Shown here: positions 41,067 through 55,791 of the stretch, piece after piece | Layout: each line of letters starts with the position of its first letter | Numbering within the stretch: the stretch's first letter is position 1 | From: the human T2T-CHM13v2.0 reference genome, Homo sapiens | NCBI RefSeq assembly: GCF_009914755.1 | Contig: NC_060930.1 | Direction: 5' to 3' (one strand) | DNA: 64,000 nucleotides | Translations under genes and position numbers: made by a program | The notes under the pieces: model-generated | What the model was told of the DNA's origin: nothing | The model's database searches: none | What the model saw: only the letters and a program-made list of their open reading frames with translations

Positions 41067-43959
41067 ACCTCATATTTTTAATTTGTGCTATTTATGGAAT
41101 TAATGACTTACATTTTTATTTAATGCCTTTTTTAGATAGTTAAGCTTCTTAGCCATGTTCTGCCAAGAGATATGCACCATTGAAAGACGTGTGTATATGC
41201 AAGTACAGGTATTAATAATACACATATACATTTGTTTTAAAGTTTATCAATGCCTGGGGGAGAGGGAAGAGCTGCAACATAAGTATCATTTAATTGCTTT
41301 CTGAGGCCTATCAATTCTCAATCCCCTTATGTCAATAGCACTGTTTATTTCTTGGTTAAGGTTCTCATTATTCTTTATCCCCAAAGCCAATAGCCTTATG
41401 TCATTATTTACTTAAACATTCACAAATATTTGTTTATTCTGTGCTATGCATAATGGATGCAATTATCAAAAAACAAAAAAGCCTCACTGTATTTCCTTCT
41501 GCAGGGAGTTCACAGCCTGTTTATTCAATCCTGTAGCCTCCAGAGTGATCTTTCTTCTTTTCTTCTGATCACAGTGAAAGGAGTGGGCTCCCAAGAAATA
41601 GATGTTCCTCAATTAATGAATTTAGAATACCTGATACTAAAGTATGAATAATTTACTAAGTAACTAAGCAATGAACTTTTAGGTAGGCTGGTTTGGAAAT
41701 ACAAATCAAGAAAGGACCGGTTTAGTTCAACTTTATGATTAAAATCTCCAACGTAGCCTGCCATATTAGCTTGTAAAATGAAAATAGAAATGAAAGTTGA
41801 AGCTATGTATATTTCTCAATAACCAGAGTTGGGAAGAGAGATAAAGATTCTAATTTTGGTCATTCCTTGTAATAGGGAAAAAAACCAGAAGTAGCACCTA
41901 TTATAGAAAGCATATAAAATATGCTAGTATATTTAAAACTTACAAAGATGTGTTATTAAAACTTAAGTGACATCTTTTCTTAGGACAAAAGCTTGGATAT
42001 AAATTGATCCTGCTCTCGTTGTATCCACTGTATGTGGGAAAAAGCAAACAGATTTATTATATTGGTACTACATATCAGCATATTCAGAAGGACTCTAAGT
42101 GTACAAATATACGTGTATTAAACCAAATATTCGTTTAAAATTACCTTTTAATCGCTTGCATTCACAATTGCTTGTTTCTAAATGTACATCTTTCTCCTCC
42201 ACAGCTTTCACTGCATGTTTCATAATTATGCCATTTTTACTTGCTTTTTCTTTACTTTTATGTTTAAATAAGCACAAGGACTGGAATTTTGCCCTAGGAA
42301 GCAAGGTTATTCATAATTCTGTCCAGTTAATATTGTTACTTCACAGAAAAATACTAAGTCTATATTTGTGTTTCCAAATAACACCAAAAGTTTTAACACA
42401 ACTGAGTATATACCTTAATGTAGAAAATGCTGTCGTCGTAATTCTTTTCCAATTATTTTACAACTATTTCTTCATTTTATCTATAAACAAAAGCCAGTAC
42501 AGTGAAAAGAAACTTTTTAAAACATTCAGATTGGATTGACCAATCCTTTAAATAATTTTTAAAAATTAAATAAAGTTAATGCAAAATGTTATTTCATCAA
42601 CATTTATCACCTTTAAGAGTATGTTCCACACATTTTTATCTTCTGCTCAAAATCTGCTATTCAGTATTTTCACTTGCTTCATGGCTTCTTCAAAGCCTGA
42701 CTTGAATCATGCCAAGTTTGTCTATTTAAGATAGATTAAACAAAGGCTTCCAGAGAATTTCAGAATTGAGTATCTGATGACCTCGCATATCCTGAGTGAC
42801 AGAAGCCCTTTGCTATGTTTGGCCAGATGGTCTAAAATATTCAGTAAACCAAGTTATATCTGGCAAGTTTTCAAAAAGAAAACTTTCTTTTTGAAATGGT
42901 AGGACTAGACTCCTTTGGATAATTATAAAATCTTATACCTAAATGAGTCCTTTAAGACTATCCAGTTATTCCTTCTTTCATACAAGAAAGCCAATATCTA
43001 GAGAAAAATATCCTGTTAGAATTTTCATATATAATAAATAAAAAATTTTAATTCTGACCCATTCAGTGTCTTATTTCCTCAGTTTTAACTAGATGTTTGA
43101 AATTTGTGTCTGTGCACAGACAGAATCTAAAGGTAGCTTAACAAAGGAATGAAACAGTTTTCTAACTTGTGTTTACTGTTAATCGCAAGAAAAGTATTGT
43201 AAATGCTGAGCTAAAAAGCATCCATTTAATTGACATACTTTTGCAAATAAAAACCAGTGAAACTAAAAAAAATTAATGCTAATTTATCATTTCATGTATC
43301 TATGTTCTTTGCTTTTATTTATCAGTATCGTTTACTTACAGCTTTTAAAGTTCAGTAATTAGCCCTGTGGTTTTTGACAAGAAAACTTAAGAATTCACTT
43401 GTAGTTTTCCCATGAATTATTTCTTCATGTCACGGTTTCAACACTGAAGAACACTTTTATTTCTTCTACTTAACTGTGCTCCTTACTTTGTATTAAATTC
43501 ACACATCCCCACCTTTGCAACTCTACCCAGTAATTTCAAGGCCTGGTATCACAAAATCATTGGTAGCTTATTAAACCTATTTATTCAAACATAAGCCATA
43601 TTCCTAAAGATGCATCTTTAAGAACTTAAAGTTACATTAATATTTGTATATTTATAGATTAAATATGCACATAGAAGCACATTTTGGAAGAAAAAAACTA
43701 CACTTAATAGGCGGATTCCAAACATCTTCCCGAATAAATTGTTTCTTTATTCACTTATAAGATTATAGGTTTTATGTTCTTAAAGTATTGTAACTTATCT
43801 TTCCAAGGCTTATAACAGTGAAGATTTTAAATTATGGAGCAAAGAATCTACACTTTGCCTTTATGGGGTGCTTTTCCAGTCCTCTTGTTCCATGTATTCT
43901 TTTATTTTAGGAGTTACTAAATGTCCTGTTTTTTCCTGTCTTGTTCACTGGGCAAACAG

Positions 43960-44043
43960 GGGTAGATGGTCCCCCTCCCTAGATAGGAGACGACCTCCTA
44001 GTCCCAGGATTCAAATCCAGCATGCGTCTCCGGAGAATGACAG
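43960..44043 (+). CDS. RIMS1: RIMS1 cassette exon, 84 nt (RGRWSPSLDRRRPPSPRIQIQHASPEND)
   Basis: caaacag|G ... CAG|gtacta; lies inside ORF 43868..44050. Confidence 0.92.
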
Positions 44044-44729
44044 GTACTAGTCAACTCCTCCTCACAGACAAGTGGCTTCTAGAAGCTTATAGGCCACCAA
44101 CTGAAGGATAACCAAGAGAAAAGTTGAATATGATGTACTTTATTCCAGGAGCCAGAGCCAGATATGTTAGATGTAGCCAACTCTAGTAAAGCACCTCAGA
44201 ATATTTACTGAAATGAGGATAGCATACAAATGGCAGAGTTTAAACCCAGTGAAGTCAGGATCCATTGAAAGGATGTTCTGTTTTGAAGAGCATTTGATTG
44301 TGTTTTGAATTTCTGGAAACAAATTTAAATACTGTTTTTGTTGACAAGTAAATAAAAATTCTCAGGTGCTTTAGAGTATATTAAAATCTGTCACAGAGCC
44401 TATTTGTTATATTGGTTGATGGTTTTATCTCAGTTGTCTTGTTTTGCTGCTGTGTACACTTGTTAACAATGAAGTTTAGGCTTTGATTATATTAAATAAT
44501 GTCTGTCTTATTAAGTAAAATACCTGGTTTTTATATATTTTATAAATATTGTATTGTTAAACACAATATTGTCCAGGGCTAAGGGGTCAGTCCCCAAGGT
44601 AGGTTTTTAAAAATAGCATCAGTGCTTTGAATCCACTTTATGCTGATATGTCAGAAGTGCCACAACATATATTTTCCATTACTTTGTTATTCTTCTCAGT
44701 GTGAAGTTGACCCAGTTTTCCTATTTTAT

Positions 44730-44732
<3 letters not shown>

Positions 44733-44760
<28 letters not shown>
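44733..44760. repeat. (TA)n microsatellite
   Basis: Read directly. Confidence 0.9.
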
Positions 44761-44762
<2 letters not shown>

Positions 44763-45503
44763 TTTATCTTTAAATGTGTTTTCCTGACTGGTCACAAAGG
44801 TTTTTGGGTGTTTGAGATGCTTCTCTTCTGGTTCAAGCAGAAATTCAGCCAACGCATTGGTAATATTTATTCAGCAGATAAGTAGACGTGGTATCTCAGA
44901 AGCAGCATAATTAGTCATGTAAATGTACAGATTTTTTTTAGTGTGTGTGCGTACGGCAGAGTAATTTAAGCCCTAGTTAACCGTGACACAATTTATTTTA
45001 TGTATTTGTAAACAATCAAGATATCCTCAGGATTTTAGCTTGAAAGAAAAAGGAAACATTGTCACCAAGAAAAAAATTAAGGTTGTTTTACAAATACTGG
45101 AAAAGACTACAAACTGATATTTTATGAAGGTTTCAGGAACATTTTAGCATCTTTTAATCTCTAAGATACTTGCCTCAATATGGTTTACATTTACATATTT
45201 GGAAATTAAATATAATTCTTTCTGCTACTGTCTGATTTCTAGGATAGAAATTCTGGGACTAGAAAAACTAGTAACCAATCTAAAAAGTATTACAAATGTA
45301 GAGTCTTCTCAAAAAAGAATATAAAATAATTGTGTAAATTCAATAAAAATTTATATCTATATTGCTACTCATTTATTCAATAAAAACTTATTGTACCCCT
45401 ACTATGCACCCTATCCAAATGGCTAGGTCACAACAGTGATTAAGACAGACAAAGTCCTGGCCATCAGGGAACTTAGAATTTTCTTTTAGAAAAGATACTT
45501 CTG

Positions 45504-45824
45504 TGCCAGGCATGGTAGCTCACACTTGCAATCCCAGCACTTTGAGATGCCAGGGCCAAGTGGGGAGGATTACTTGAGCCCAGGAGTTTGAGATCAGCCT
45601 GGGCACCACAGTGAGACTGCATCTCTGCAAACAGTTTCAAAATTAGCTGGGTGTGGTGGCACATGCCTGTAGTCCCAGCTACTCAGAAGGGTGAGGTGCA
45701 CACACAGTCTGTGAGCCCAGGAGGTCAAGGTTGTAGTGAGCCATGGTCATACTACTGCATTCCAGCCTGGGCAACAGAGTGAGAACCTGCCCCCTCCGAT
45801 CCCCAAGAAAAGAAAAAAAGAAAA
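45504..45824 (+). mobile_element. AluJ element
   Basis: acttgagcccaggagtttgag diagnostic; TSD-like agaaaagata.ttct. Confidence 0.9.
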
Positions 45825-46878
45825 GATAATTCTAGAAAACCTTTGTATGTATTCCAAAACAAATAAAATAGTAGATTTCATCTTCTGTATTGATTGAGTA
45901 TAGGAAAATTAAACATGATGATCTTTGTAATGAATATAAATGTAAGTTTATCTGGGCATTGATTAAGCAAAATGGAAATTCAAATAATACTTTCAGTTCT
46001 TACATACACGAGATGTTATTAGCTTAATTTAGTGGTATATGAATTATTCCATTTGATTGTCTCGATAGTATATGTAACTATAAGAGTAGATTTTGGGACC
46101 AGAAATGATCCTTTTAGATAAGATTATTAAAATAAATTATTATTAAATACATAATTTTGAATACATATTTTGCTTTTTTATGATAACATATTTATAGATA
46201 AGTCCTATGTTCGACCAAAATAAATACACTTTACATCTCTTGATACTATTATTTATTACTATAGAGAATAGAGAATTATTTACAATACAATTTTATTAAA
46301 ATATAAGACAAATATGTACGTATAAAATGAGAGATAAATTATGTCCACTAATGCTACATTCATAGGTTATATGTCAACCACTTGGCAAATCGTAATGAAC
46401 GTTGGCATTTCATTTCTCATCAGCTTTATTTACTCATTCAGAAGTTTCTACCAATTTCTAAATGAAGTAAATATGGCATCAGATTTGGATATAGTGAATG
46501 TTCATAAAAATTTCAGCGTTAGGTGACTTTTATTGTTGGACACTGGTAGCCAGGAAAATATTCTAAAGTTAATGACAATTTATACAATTCAACTTTGGAT
46601 ATCTTCTATCAGGGCCATAGTTGATTATTTTGAAAATAACATTGTAATGCAGAACGTAAATTATTCCTTAAGAGAGTTATCCAGTACATTCAAATAAATT
46701 GAAAAGCTTTTAGTTGCCCTCTTGTTTCCCACAGCATATATGTGTACACAGACACACAATTTTTAGAGAACCATTTCTCCATAATTTAACAGTAAGCATT
46801 CTCAGTTTTTCTCAAGTGATACCATAGATTTATTTGGAATTAACATGAAGGTACTTTTATCTAAGAATATTTTCTAGA

Positions 46879-47172
46879 GGCCGGGCGAGGTGGCTCACGC
46901 CTGTAATCCCAGCACTTTGGGAGGCCGAGGCGGGCGGATCATGAGGTCAGGAGATCGAGACCATCCTGGCTAACACAGTGAAACCCCGTCTCTGCTAAAA
47001 ATACAAAAAAATTAGCTGGGCGCTGTGGCAGGCGCCTGTAGTCCCAGCTATTCGGGAGGCTCAGGCAGGAGAATGGCGTGAACCCGGGAGGCGGAGCTTG
47101 CAGTGAGCCGACATCGCGCCACTGCACTCCAGCCTAGGCGACAGAGCCAGACTCTGTCTCAAAAAAAAAAAA
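46879..47172 (+). mobile_element. AluY element with perfect 16-bp TSD
   Basis: gagatcgagaccatcctggctaacac, aatggcgtgaacccgggaggcggagctt; TSD aagaatattttctaga at 46863-46878 and 47173-47188. Confidence 0.96.
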
Positions 47173-47730
47173 AAGAATATTTTCTAGAAATTGAGGAAAT
47201 TTAAAACATTGATGAAGAAAAAATACATAAATTTGGAATCCCAGGGGATGTTTTCGATTTTAAAATTGTAGTGAAAATTTCCTTGTAGTTTTATTTCTAA
47301 AAATGTTGACCCTTAAAAAATCATCATTCCAATAACAAAGCATCTCTTTAGAAATAACACTATTTTAATACATGAAAATGCTAATGAACCTATATATACG
47401 TAATTATATGAGTGTAAATTAAATGTAGATTGAGTTGTAGCTTGAAATTAACCAAAATTTGTAAGTAGCCATTTAGAAAAAATATATTTTAATATGGCCC
47501 TGAAGCATCAGAGTTCTGAGTTTAGTGCTTACAGTTTAATCAATCGTCTTTAAGAATGAAAGGCTAGTGTAAGTTATTATTAAATAAAACTTTAAACTAT
47601 TTTGGTAAATGTTTTATTCAAGAAAATGCAATATTTTCATTGGGTACATTTTGAGGTATATTTTAACATGTCACTGGCTTTACAAATCACTGCAGTTACT
47701 ATCTTCAATATTTTGATTGAGAATGGTTTT

Positions 47731-47731
<1 letters not shown>

Positions 47732-47778
<47 letters not shown>
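47732..47778. repeat. (TATC)11 tetranucleotide STR
   Basis: Read directly. Confidence 0.92.
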
Positions 47779-50554
47779 ATATGATTTTTAAGGGTACAAT
47801 TTAGTAGTGCATGACTCAAATACCAAAAATATTTGGTTAAATAATCTTATTTCCAGAACTTTAAATTTTTCAATTAAGTAAAGCATCCCACTATGTTTAA
47901 TTCCTGAGTTGTTCTGCTAAAGTGGCTCTAGTTTCTTTTGCAGATAACCAAATTTGTGTAGTTTCCTATACCTATTAGTTGGTAGCAGCTACTTGTCTAT
48001 AAGAATCCTCAACCAAGAGTATCAAGTGATTTCTTTTGATTTAAAATGAATTAATCTTATTTCTCCTTTGAAAATATTCTGGGACAAACAAATCACAAAC
48101 TTTTTGCTTCCAGGATTCATGGCAGTTGCCACATATTTTCAAAGTTAGTGTAGAACCACTTATAAATAAATACAGTACATTACTTATTATTTCTTTTTGT
48201 TCTATAATATCCTTTATTATCTGTGCTTTTCAAAAATACTCTTTCTTTGAATGAACAAAGTGTATCCATGAACTAAAATATGGTGAGTCTATTTAATAGC
48301 TACAGTCGTATACATAAATATCAATAATATACAGGAAGGTAAATGTATCTTAATTGCATGCATCCATCTTCACTGCATAGGAACATCTCTTATTTAGGTT
48401 GATTCTATTCAAATTTAATTTTTCCTTCCCAAACTTAATGAGTAAATAGGGTGATAGAGATTTGCTTTGCACATTAAGACAGTATAAGCCATGTAAGTAG
48501 TAAGCCAAAATATAGACATATTCTTATGATATCAGTGTTAGCTCTAATTAAGTGAAAACATTATGTAGTAGACTTTTGTTACAGTATTTCCAAGGCAGAA
48601 CAGACTATGTTTTCATTGTTATAAAATAGTCTTAAATAATTATGATTTTATTAATTTTGTCCTTTAATAAAATTTTAGTATTTTATCCTTTAATAAAATT
48701 TTAATGCCTTCAGAAAAGCTTTATTTACCAACGTCTTTAGAGAGTTACCCTAACTGAAATTAGTTATTGAAAAGGAAAAGAAAACACATAGATTTTAACA
48801 ATTACCTCTGTTTTTCATCAGTTCATTTTATAAATCTTCACACTAAATTAATAGAAAGGAAATAATCACAGAAAATGGAACTTCAAAAGAATTGGGGTTT
48901 AAGTAGAAACATCCCATTTTCTGATTTTTACTCTAGCTTTGATTTAATAATAAAATAATTGCTTTTATACCTTACAGTTGAATGTACTTTTATAGCTTTA
49001 AAAGAATTTCTTTAGTACATTGTGAACTAGAAAGCATAAGGCCAAAAATCACACAACTATTAAGTTGTGAATAAAGGGAGAAAAACTCAAGATTTCTGAT
49101 TCTTGCATGTTTAAAACCAAGTAAATATTCTTTATGAATAATATTGTAAAGATAAAAAATTTATGCCAGAACAAAAAAGCATGTTTAAACTAAAAATAAG
49201 ACATAATGAAAACACTGAAACAGTGTTGTCTTGTTCACTCGTGCCCAGGGATCTCTCAAATAAACATCTAATCATTCAAAATGAACATGTGGCAGAGTCA
49301 GCAGAGAACTTAAGCACATAGGGGTGTGATGGTGTTATCCTCATCAACTTATTAAGGTCTATCATAGCTTGGATGAGACACTTAAACTTTTGTGGACTAA
49401 GTTTCCTCATCTCTAAACTTAACTGGTTATACATGGGATAGCTGAATTTTAATGTCCTATAGACTCTAAAATTGAGTCTATACTGCCTTGTTGCATCATG
49501 TTAAAACATCCATTAGGCCCTGGATAATGACTGACAGTTCATTATGTATTATTCAGTAAACCAAAGGTCATGTTGTATTTAAGTATTTTATATTTTGCTG
49601 AAGGCCAGAAAATTATGCAGTTTTATTTTTAAATTTATTTCATTTGAGGCAAACTAGATTTTATAGCCCTAGTTAGTTCTTTTTTATTGTAATTTTTGGG
49701 CTTTCAAATTTAATGATAATACTCAAAATATTACCTTTTAAACTATCCATTCAACAAATAATTATTGAGCAACTACCATATGCTAGGTGTTGATATTACA
49801 CTGATAATCCAAACAGACACAATTCCTGACCACAGGGAACTTAAAGTGGTATAAGGTAGAAAGTAATTCATTTTAGTATGATCTATTTTGTGATTACACA
49901 ATTAATAGTTTCAGTAGTATGGTACATGAATATAGGTGGATTGTTCTAACCTTTCCTATTTTATATATCTCAATCCAATTTATTCTAAGACATGGCTGTG
50001 TTAAAATATACAATATTTTGGCTATAATTTGGATTCAAAATAGAAAATAACATTAGAATTTTCTATTTTATTCTCTGCTCCTTTACAGAAAATTATTGCA
50101 ATTAAGTGCATATCATTTTAACTTAATTTACATATTCTTTTAAGGGGTTAGAAGAATTATAAAGACATATCCTTTGTAGTTATCTTTAGAAGAATCTTTA
50201 ATGGAGGTAAATTTCATTGCTATTTGAAGAGAAAAAAGGGGCATCCTCAATAAGAGGGTTAAAAATGAAAACAAAAATTAAAAGGTTAGATTATGAACCT
50301 TTGCATGAATATTTGTTATCCAGTTATAGAGCACTGGCTCTAAGTTTTATATTTTTATAGATGAGTAAGAAAACCCTTTGCCTTCAAGAAACAAATATTT
50401 AAAGCAATATTTTCATAGCACCACTTGCTAATTCCAAGTAATGCAAAAAACATAGTCAATTCTAGTTCTGTGTAATACTACAAATACTACAATACTGAGT
50501 ACTACTGAAATATTTAAAATTAGCAAAACCTGTGTGTGTGTGCAGTGGTAGTGG

Positions 50555-50920
50555 TATTATTGCCACTTTTTAGGTAAAAGAAAACTGAAGCACAGAGACA
50601 TTAAGTAATTTCACCAAAATCGCCTGGCTAGCCAGAACAGAGCTGAGATTACACCCAGTTCATTATTTTAGCCATTTATGCCAGAGATACAACATGATTA
50701 CTGTTGTTCAGATTATGGACTCTCAGTTCACCTCCTGGCTAGATGTTGAATGACCATGTAAGCGAGAACAAAGTGTTCTCTAACTCTCAATTTTCTTATT
50801 CTTAAAAAGGATAAAAGAGTAGTACCTACCTCTGGATTGGAAAGAAGATTATATGAGATAATGCAGATAAAGTGAACATGCTGTCACAGAGAAAGCTCTC
50901 AGTAAATGTTATATATTATT
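50555..50920. mobile_element. Two adjacent, oppositely oriented MIR fragments
   Basis: aaaactgaagcacagagacattaagtaattt (-) then tagtacctacctc...gattatatgagataatgca...cagtaaatgtt (+). Confidence 0.6.
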
Positions 50921-51199
50921 AATATCATAATCACTGTTACAACAATCATTGATTACTGTGATAATCTAATATATGAATCCATTACATTTTAGGAGATGAA
51001 AAGAGGAGGAAGAGTTTGAAAGTTTCACAGAGGAAATGAAATATCACTTGGGTCTAGAAATTAATAGAAGTTGCCAGGGATCAGAAGAAAAGCAGGCTAT
51101 TTCAAAAAGATGCCAATAGCCCTTTGATTGTGCAGAAGTTTTATTCAAGGGTCCACCAGATTCTACACAATTTCTCTGCCTTCTCCTGCAAAATTTTTC

Positions 51200-51632
51200 A
51201 TCTGAATCATCTCTCTTGACCCCTGCCTTCTTATTATTTCCTATTATTTCTTCCCTTTTCCTGAGATACTTTTTCTCTAACAATATACATGGCTATCTCC
51301 TTCACTTTACATCTTTGCTAAAATGTCACCATTTCAATAAGTCCTTTCCAACCACCCTACTTAAAATTGCAATATGCTCCTGCCCCTAAACTCCCACCTT
51401 CTTACCCTGGTTTACTTTTGTTGTTGACATGTATCACCTTTTCCCATACTACATAATGTACTTGTTTGAGCTACTTTTTGTTGTTTATTTTTTGTCTTGT
51501 ATCAACAAAGTGTACATTTCTTGAAGGTAGAGAGAATTGTGTTTTTTTTTCCACAGACATATTCCAACCACCTAGAACAGTGCCTAGTATATATACATGC
51601 ACAAGTGTTTGTTGGATGAATGAATGAATGAG
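51200..51632 (+). mobile_element. L2 3' end fragment
   Basis: cacctagaacagtgcctagta...gaatgaatgaatga is the L2 terminal signature. Confidence 0.7.
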
Positions 51633-52159
51633 TGGAAATTTTAATGACAGTAAGTTTTGTGGGTCTTCCTGAATCTCTCCACTCTCATCTGCTCTACTTG
51701 TGCTGAAGATGAGAAAAGGAGCATTTGATCTTCCAGTCAGTTGCCTTGAGCACTGTGGGGACCAAGCATAAATTTCCCATAACTATTTTTATTTTGAGCT
51801 CCAATACCTCCTGAGCCTGCAGATCTAATTACTAATCCTTTCTTCTCCCCTTACTTCTCATCTTCCCACTATGCTTATGCCTTCTTCCCTGTGCTTCAGG
51901 AACAAGATTCCATTCCCAACAACCATGTCTCATTGATTTCAGCCATGAAATCAATCATGAAATCTCTGCCCCCCTACCACCCATGATCCCCTCTCCTGAC
52001 CACAGAAGCAATAAAGTAAATAAGAACCTTAATGTCAGAGAGAGAGAGTCATCTGTTAGTGATATCCCAGCACCTGATTTCATGGTTTCATTTCTTCCTT
52101 CCAGAACAGATACACACATAAGGCATGTGCCAGAATCTCTCTCTTCCACTCTCTTTGCT

Positions 52160-52365
52160 GTATAGTATAGAACAGAAACAGCTTAGGAGCCAGATAAACT
52201 TAGATTTTAATCCTAGCTTTGCCACTTTCTAACTGAGTAGCCTTTCCCTGAGCCTGTTTCTTCACCTATAAAATGGAAATGACACATTCTTAAAGGATTT
52301 TCATGGAGTTTAAGTAAGTTCATATCCCCCTCAGTGCCTGACATAGTTATCCCTCAATATATTGA
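52160..52365 (+). mobile_element. MIR fragment
   Basis: ggagcccaga...aatcctagctttgccactt...gagcctgtttcttcacctataaaatgg...cagtgcctgacatag. Confidence 0.7.
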
Positions 52366-53626
52366 GTACGCTCTTTTCCAACTGGTAAGGGAATATGATG
52401 TCTCACTCCTCTATTTCTTCCTTTTTTATCTTAAAAGTGGTATGTCAGATTAACATGAGTCTGAAAACACACAGCTGAAACCCTGAATTGAAGGGGCAAG
52501 AGAGTGTGAACACAATTTCTGGCGAAAGCGGAAGAGATTGGGAGAGATGAGCAGTCCCAGAACTCTGTAACAGCCTGTGAAGGCTTGTACCTTGATATGT
52601 GTTCCTAGTGCCTAGCAGAACTTGGTATATACTAGATACTTAATTAGGATGTCACACATTAATAAGTAAAGACAGATATTTTTCTCAACATTGTTGGGAG
52701 AAAGGGATATCAGTAAAGAAAAATAAGCTTAATTTGTAGATAATTAATATTAAATACACATTCCTAGGGTTTCTCTCTTTTTTTTTGTAATAAGTGTGAG
52801 CTTCTTGACCACAATATTTTACATTACTTATTTCAAATATATGGTACTGAAGACATTTTAGGCTAATTAGACATATGTAAGCTGCTGTGGGGAAGCAAAC
52901 TTTTTATAGAAAAATTATTTCTGTGGGAAAAATGCATTTCAAGTGTTCAGTGCACATATGTACTTTTAAAAAGTAGAATAAACTGGGGAATATGATTTGT
53001 AATGTGATTAAAATGCTGTGTGCTTTTAAAAATGCTATGTAATTTATAAAAGCATCTTTATGAAAAATTTTAAAATGATTTTAATACTTTATATAAATAC
53101 TTTCATTTATATAAAACATCTTTAACTGTAGCATTTTTCTTCTCTTTTCTTCACAATTTGTGGGGGACAAATCAAAAAAAATCTTTGTAGCACCAAGTTT
53201 CAACTTGTAAGAGTAGGGGGCATTTCACCCCTTTGAAGCCTTTCAGCACCTAAACTATTACCATCATCACATTTATCATTATTACACTTCACCATTGCAT
53301 TTGTTTGCTCATCAGCAGAGGCCGAGTTGCTCAGTAGGGGTTCATATTAGATCATTGTTGTAGACGTACTTGTCTAGACTAATGAAATGTCAGCTTCTCG
53401 TGTCTTCTATTGGGCAACTTGTGTCTTCCACTTGGCACCAATTCTGGTTTTCATTTTATTCATTCATTCATTCATTTATTTGTTTATTTAGTTTTGAAAA
53501 GTACTGACTGACAAAATCATTTAGGTAATATAGTTGCCATTTTTCATGTCTATTGTGTTTATCATTGTATGATGTTAATGTAGCTTTATTCATCATATAT
53601 TTTGTGTTTAACATTTCATTCCACAG

Positions 53627-53698
53627 GCACTCCAGAAAGTCTGAAAGATCTAGCATCCAAAAACAGACTAGGAAAGGCACTGCCTCTGATGCAGAAAG
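53627..53698 (+). CDS. RIMS1: RIMS1 cassette exon, 72 nt (RHSRKSERSSIQKQTRKGTASDAE)
   Basis: ttccacag|G ... AAG|gtaggc; phase 2-2. Confidence 0.93.
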
Positions 53699-54314
53699 GT
53701 AGGCTTGGTGTTGTGGTGTGCTGACATCTTCCATTTTAGGAATATATTTAGGGGTGCTGTCACTCTCATTTTACATGATCAGTTCTTAAACACAAATTGT
53801 GATGTTTAAAGGCATTCATGTAACTAAACCTACCCCTAAATGGAAATGATCTCATTGAAGAAGTAAGAGAAGGATAATTTCAAGGCGGTTCTTAAATCTT
53901 AGGGTTTAAAAAATAATTATGTATTTCTCTTAGTGATCATTCTGATTACTAATAAGGATTAAATCCATACTCATTCCTATATACATATTAGGACATTAAT
54001 ATTTTGTTTCTGATATCTTTTAAATGTTACCAATGAATGTAGTGCCTGGAATATGCAAATTATTGACTGTCTTATTTATCTAAATAATGCCATCTTTTAA
54101 AAAAATCACTTTTCTACAAATATATATTCTAATATTCTACTGGTATATTATAACCAAGGATATACATTGAGTTAATGTAAAATTATAAGGGATTACTAAC
54201 CTTTTGTTTGCAATTTGTCCAATTCCACAAAGGTTTTAAGTATTTTTAGGTACAACATATTGACACTTTTTTTTTAACATAGTGTTAAAAGACCTAAGAA
54301 TTGCAACTAACATA

Positions 54315-54950
54315 TATTCATTCACCCATTCATTTATCCAACAATGACTGAGAGCATGTAAAGGGACACAGATGTAAATGAATGAGTATATTCAAGTATC
54401 ATAGCTTTCATTATAGAGGCATGCACAGGTACAGTATGAACACAAGAAAAGTTGTGCAGTAAGGATGAAATTAGGAAATGCTTCATAAACAGATGTCCCT
54501 TGAGCTAAATCCAGATACATAAAAGTATGTGTGAAGAGTGGAGTATTCTGAGAGGGGACAACGTGAGAAAACACTGAGATTGGAAATACTATCTTGAGTT
54601 TGGGGAAATGGTACCAGTTTTGGGATGGAGAACAGGATTCAGTGGATAGAAAAGAGGCCTGAAAATAAAATTGGAGAAATTCTGAGAGGTTAAATGAATG
54701 ACATCACTATGCCATGTTAATACCATGCTAAAGAATTTCAACTTCTTTATTGATCTGTGAGCCACAGATGTGCTTTAAACATGGGAGGCAGAGGATCAGT
54801 TTTGAGTTCCAAAATTATAGATCACTTTGACTGATTTTTGGAAGGTAGATCAAAGGATCTAGGGGTAGATGCAAGGCATCAGCCAGGCTATCTCAATAGG
54901 CCTAGTAGAGATAGAATTTGTACAATTCAGTGATTCATTCAGTTAACAGA
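54315..54950 (-). mobile_element. Degenerate L2 fragment
   Basis: Starts with (cattca)-like L2 tail, followed by purine-rich L2-like text. Confidence 0.5.
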
Positions 54951-55494
54951 TATATACCAACTATGTGCTAAGTTCAAGTAATAAAATAGCAAGTAGCAAA
55001 AAAGAAAAGCTTTCCAGAGGATGTTAACACTGAGTTGAGATCTGAAAAATGAGTAGGTGTGAGACATATCAAGGGATGTGGTATGTAAAAGGGAGATGAA
55101 ATTTATTTCTGGACAGTGGTCCATGGAGAAATTGACTATTTAGGGAACTTGATTCACAATGGAATAAGGATACAGGGGACTCATGAAAAGTGTTGAGTAG
55201 TACAAAGAGTTGGACTTTGAGGAAGGAAATTGATCAATCGATAGATAGATAGCCTTTGATGAAACAATGTTTGTATTTTCACATTCTTTAATCCCAGCTC
55301 AGTTAACTGCAGTTTCTTTACCATCATTGTAAATAACTATAATTTCTTAGATAAATTTTCAATCTTCAACCATCATTTTCAGCCCCCTCTACACAATTTC
55401 AATTATTTTGACATGATTAAACCTTTTCCTTGAAGTTGTATTCTTTTAATTCTATTCAGTATTCTTTCATTCATTTTTTAAAAATACTAGTTGA

Positions 55495-55791
<297 letters not shown>

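Noticed and set aside
42099-42539. 146-aa hydrophobic ORF
   Set aside because: GTG start, T-rich composition gives Leu/Phe/Ile bias, not in the RIMS1 frame at either candidate acceptor, no recognisable homology
43890-43959. Upstream acceptor tttattttag|GAG at 43910
   Set aside because: Would add 49 nt and frameshift, and it precedes the branch-like tactaa of the real acceptor; a decoy at most
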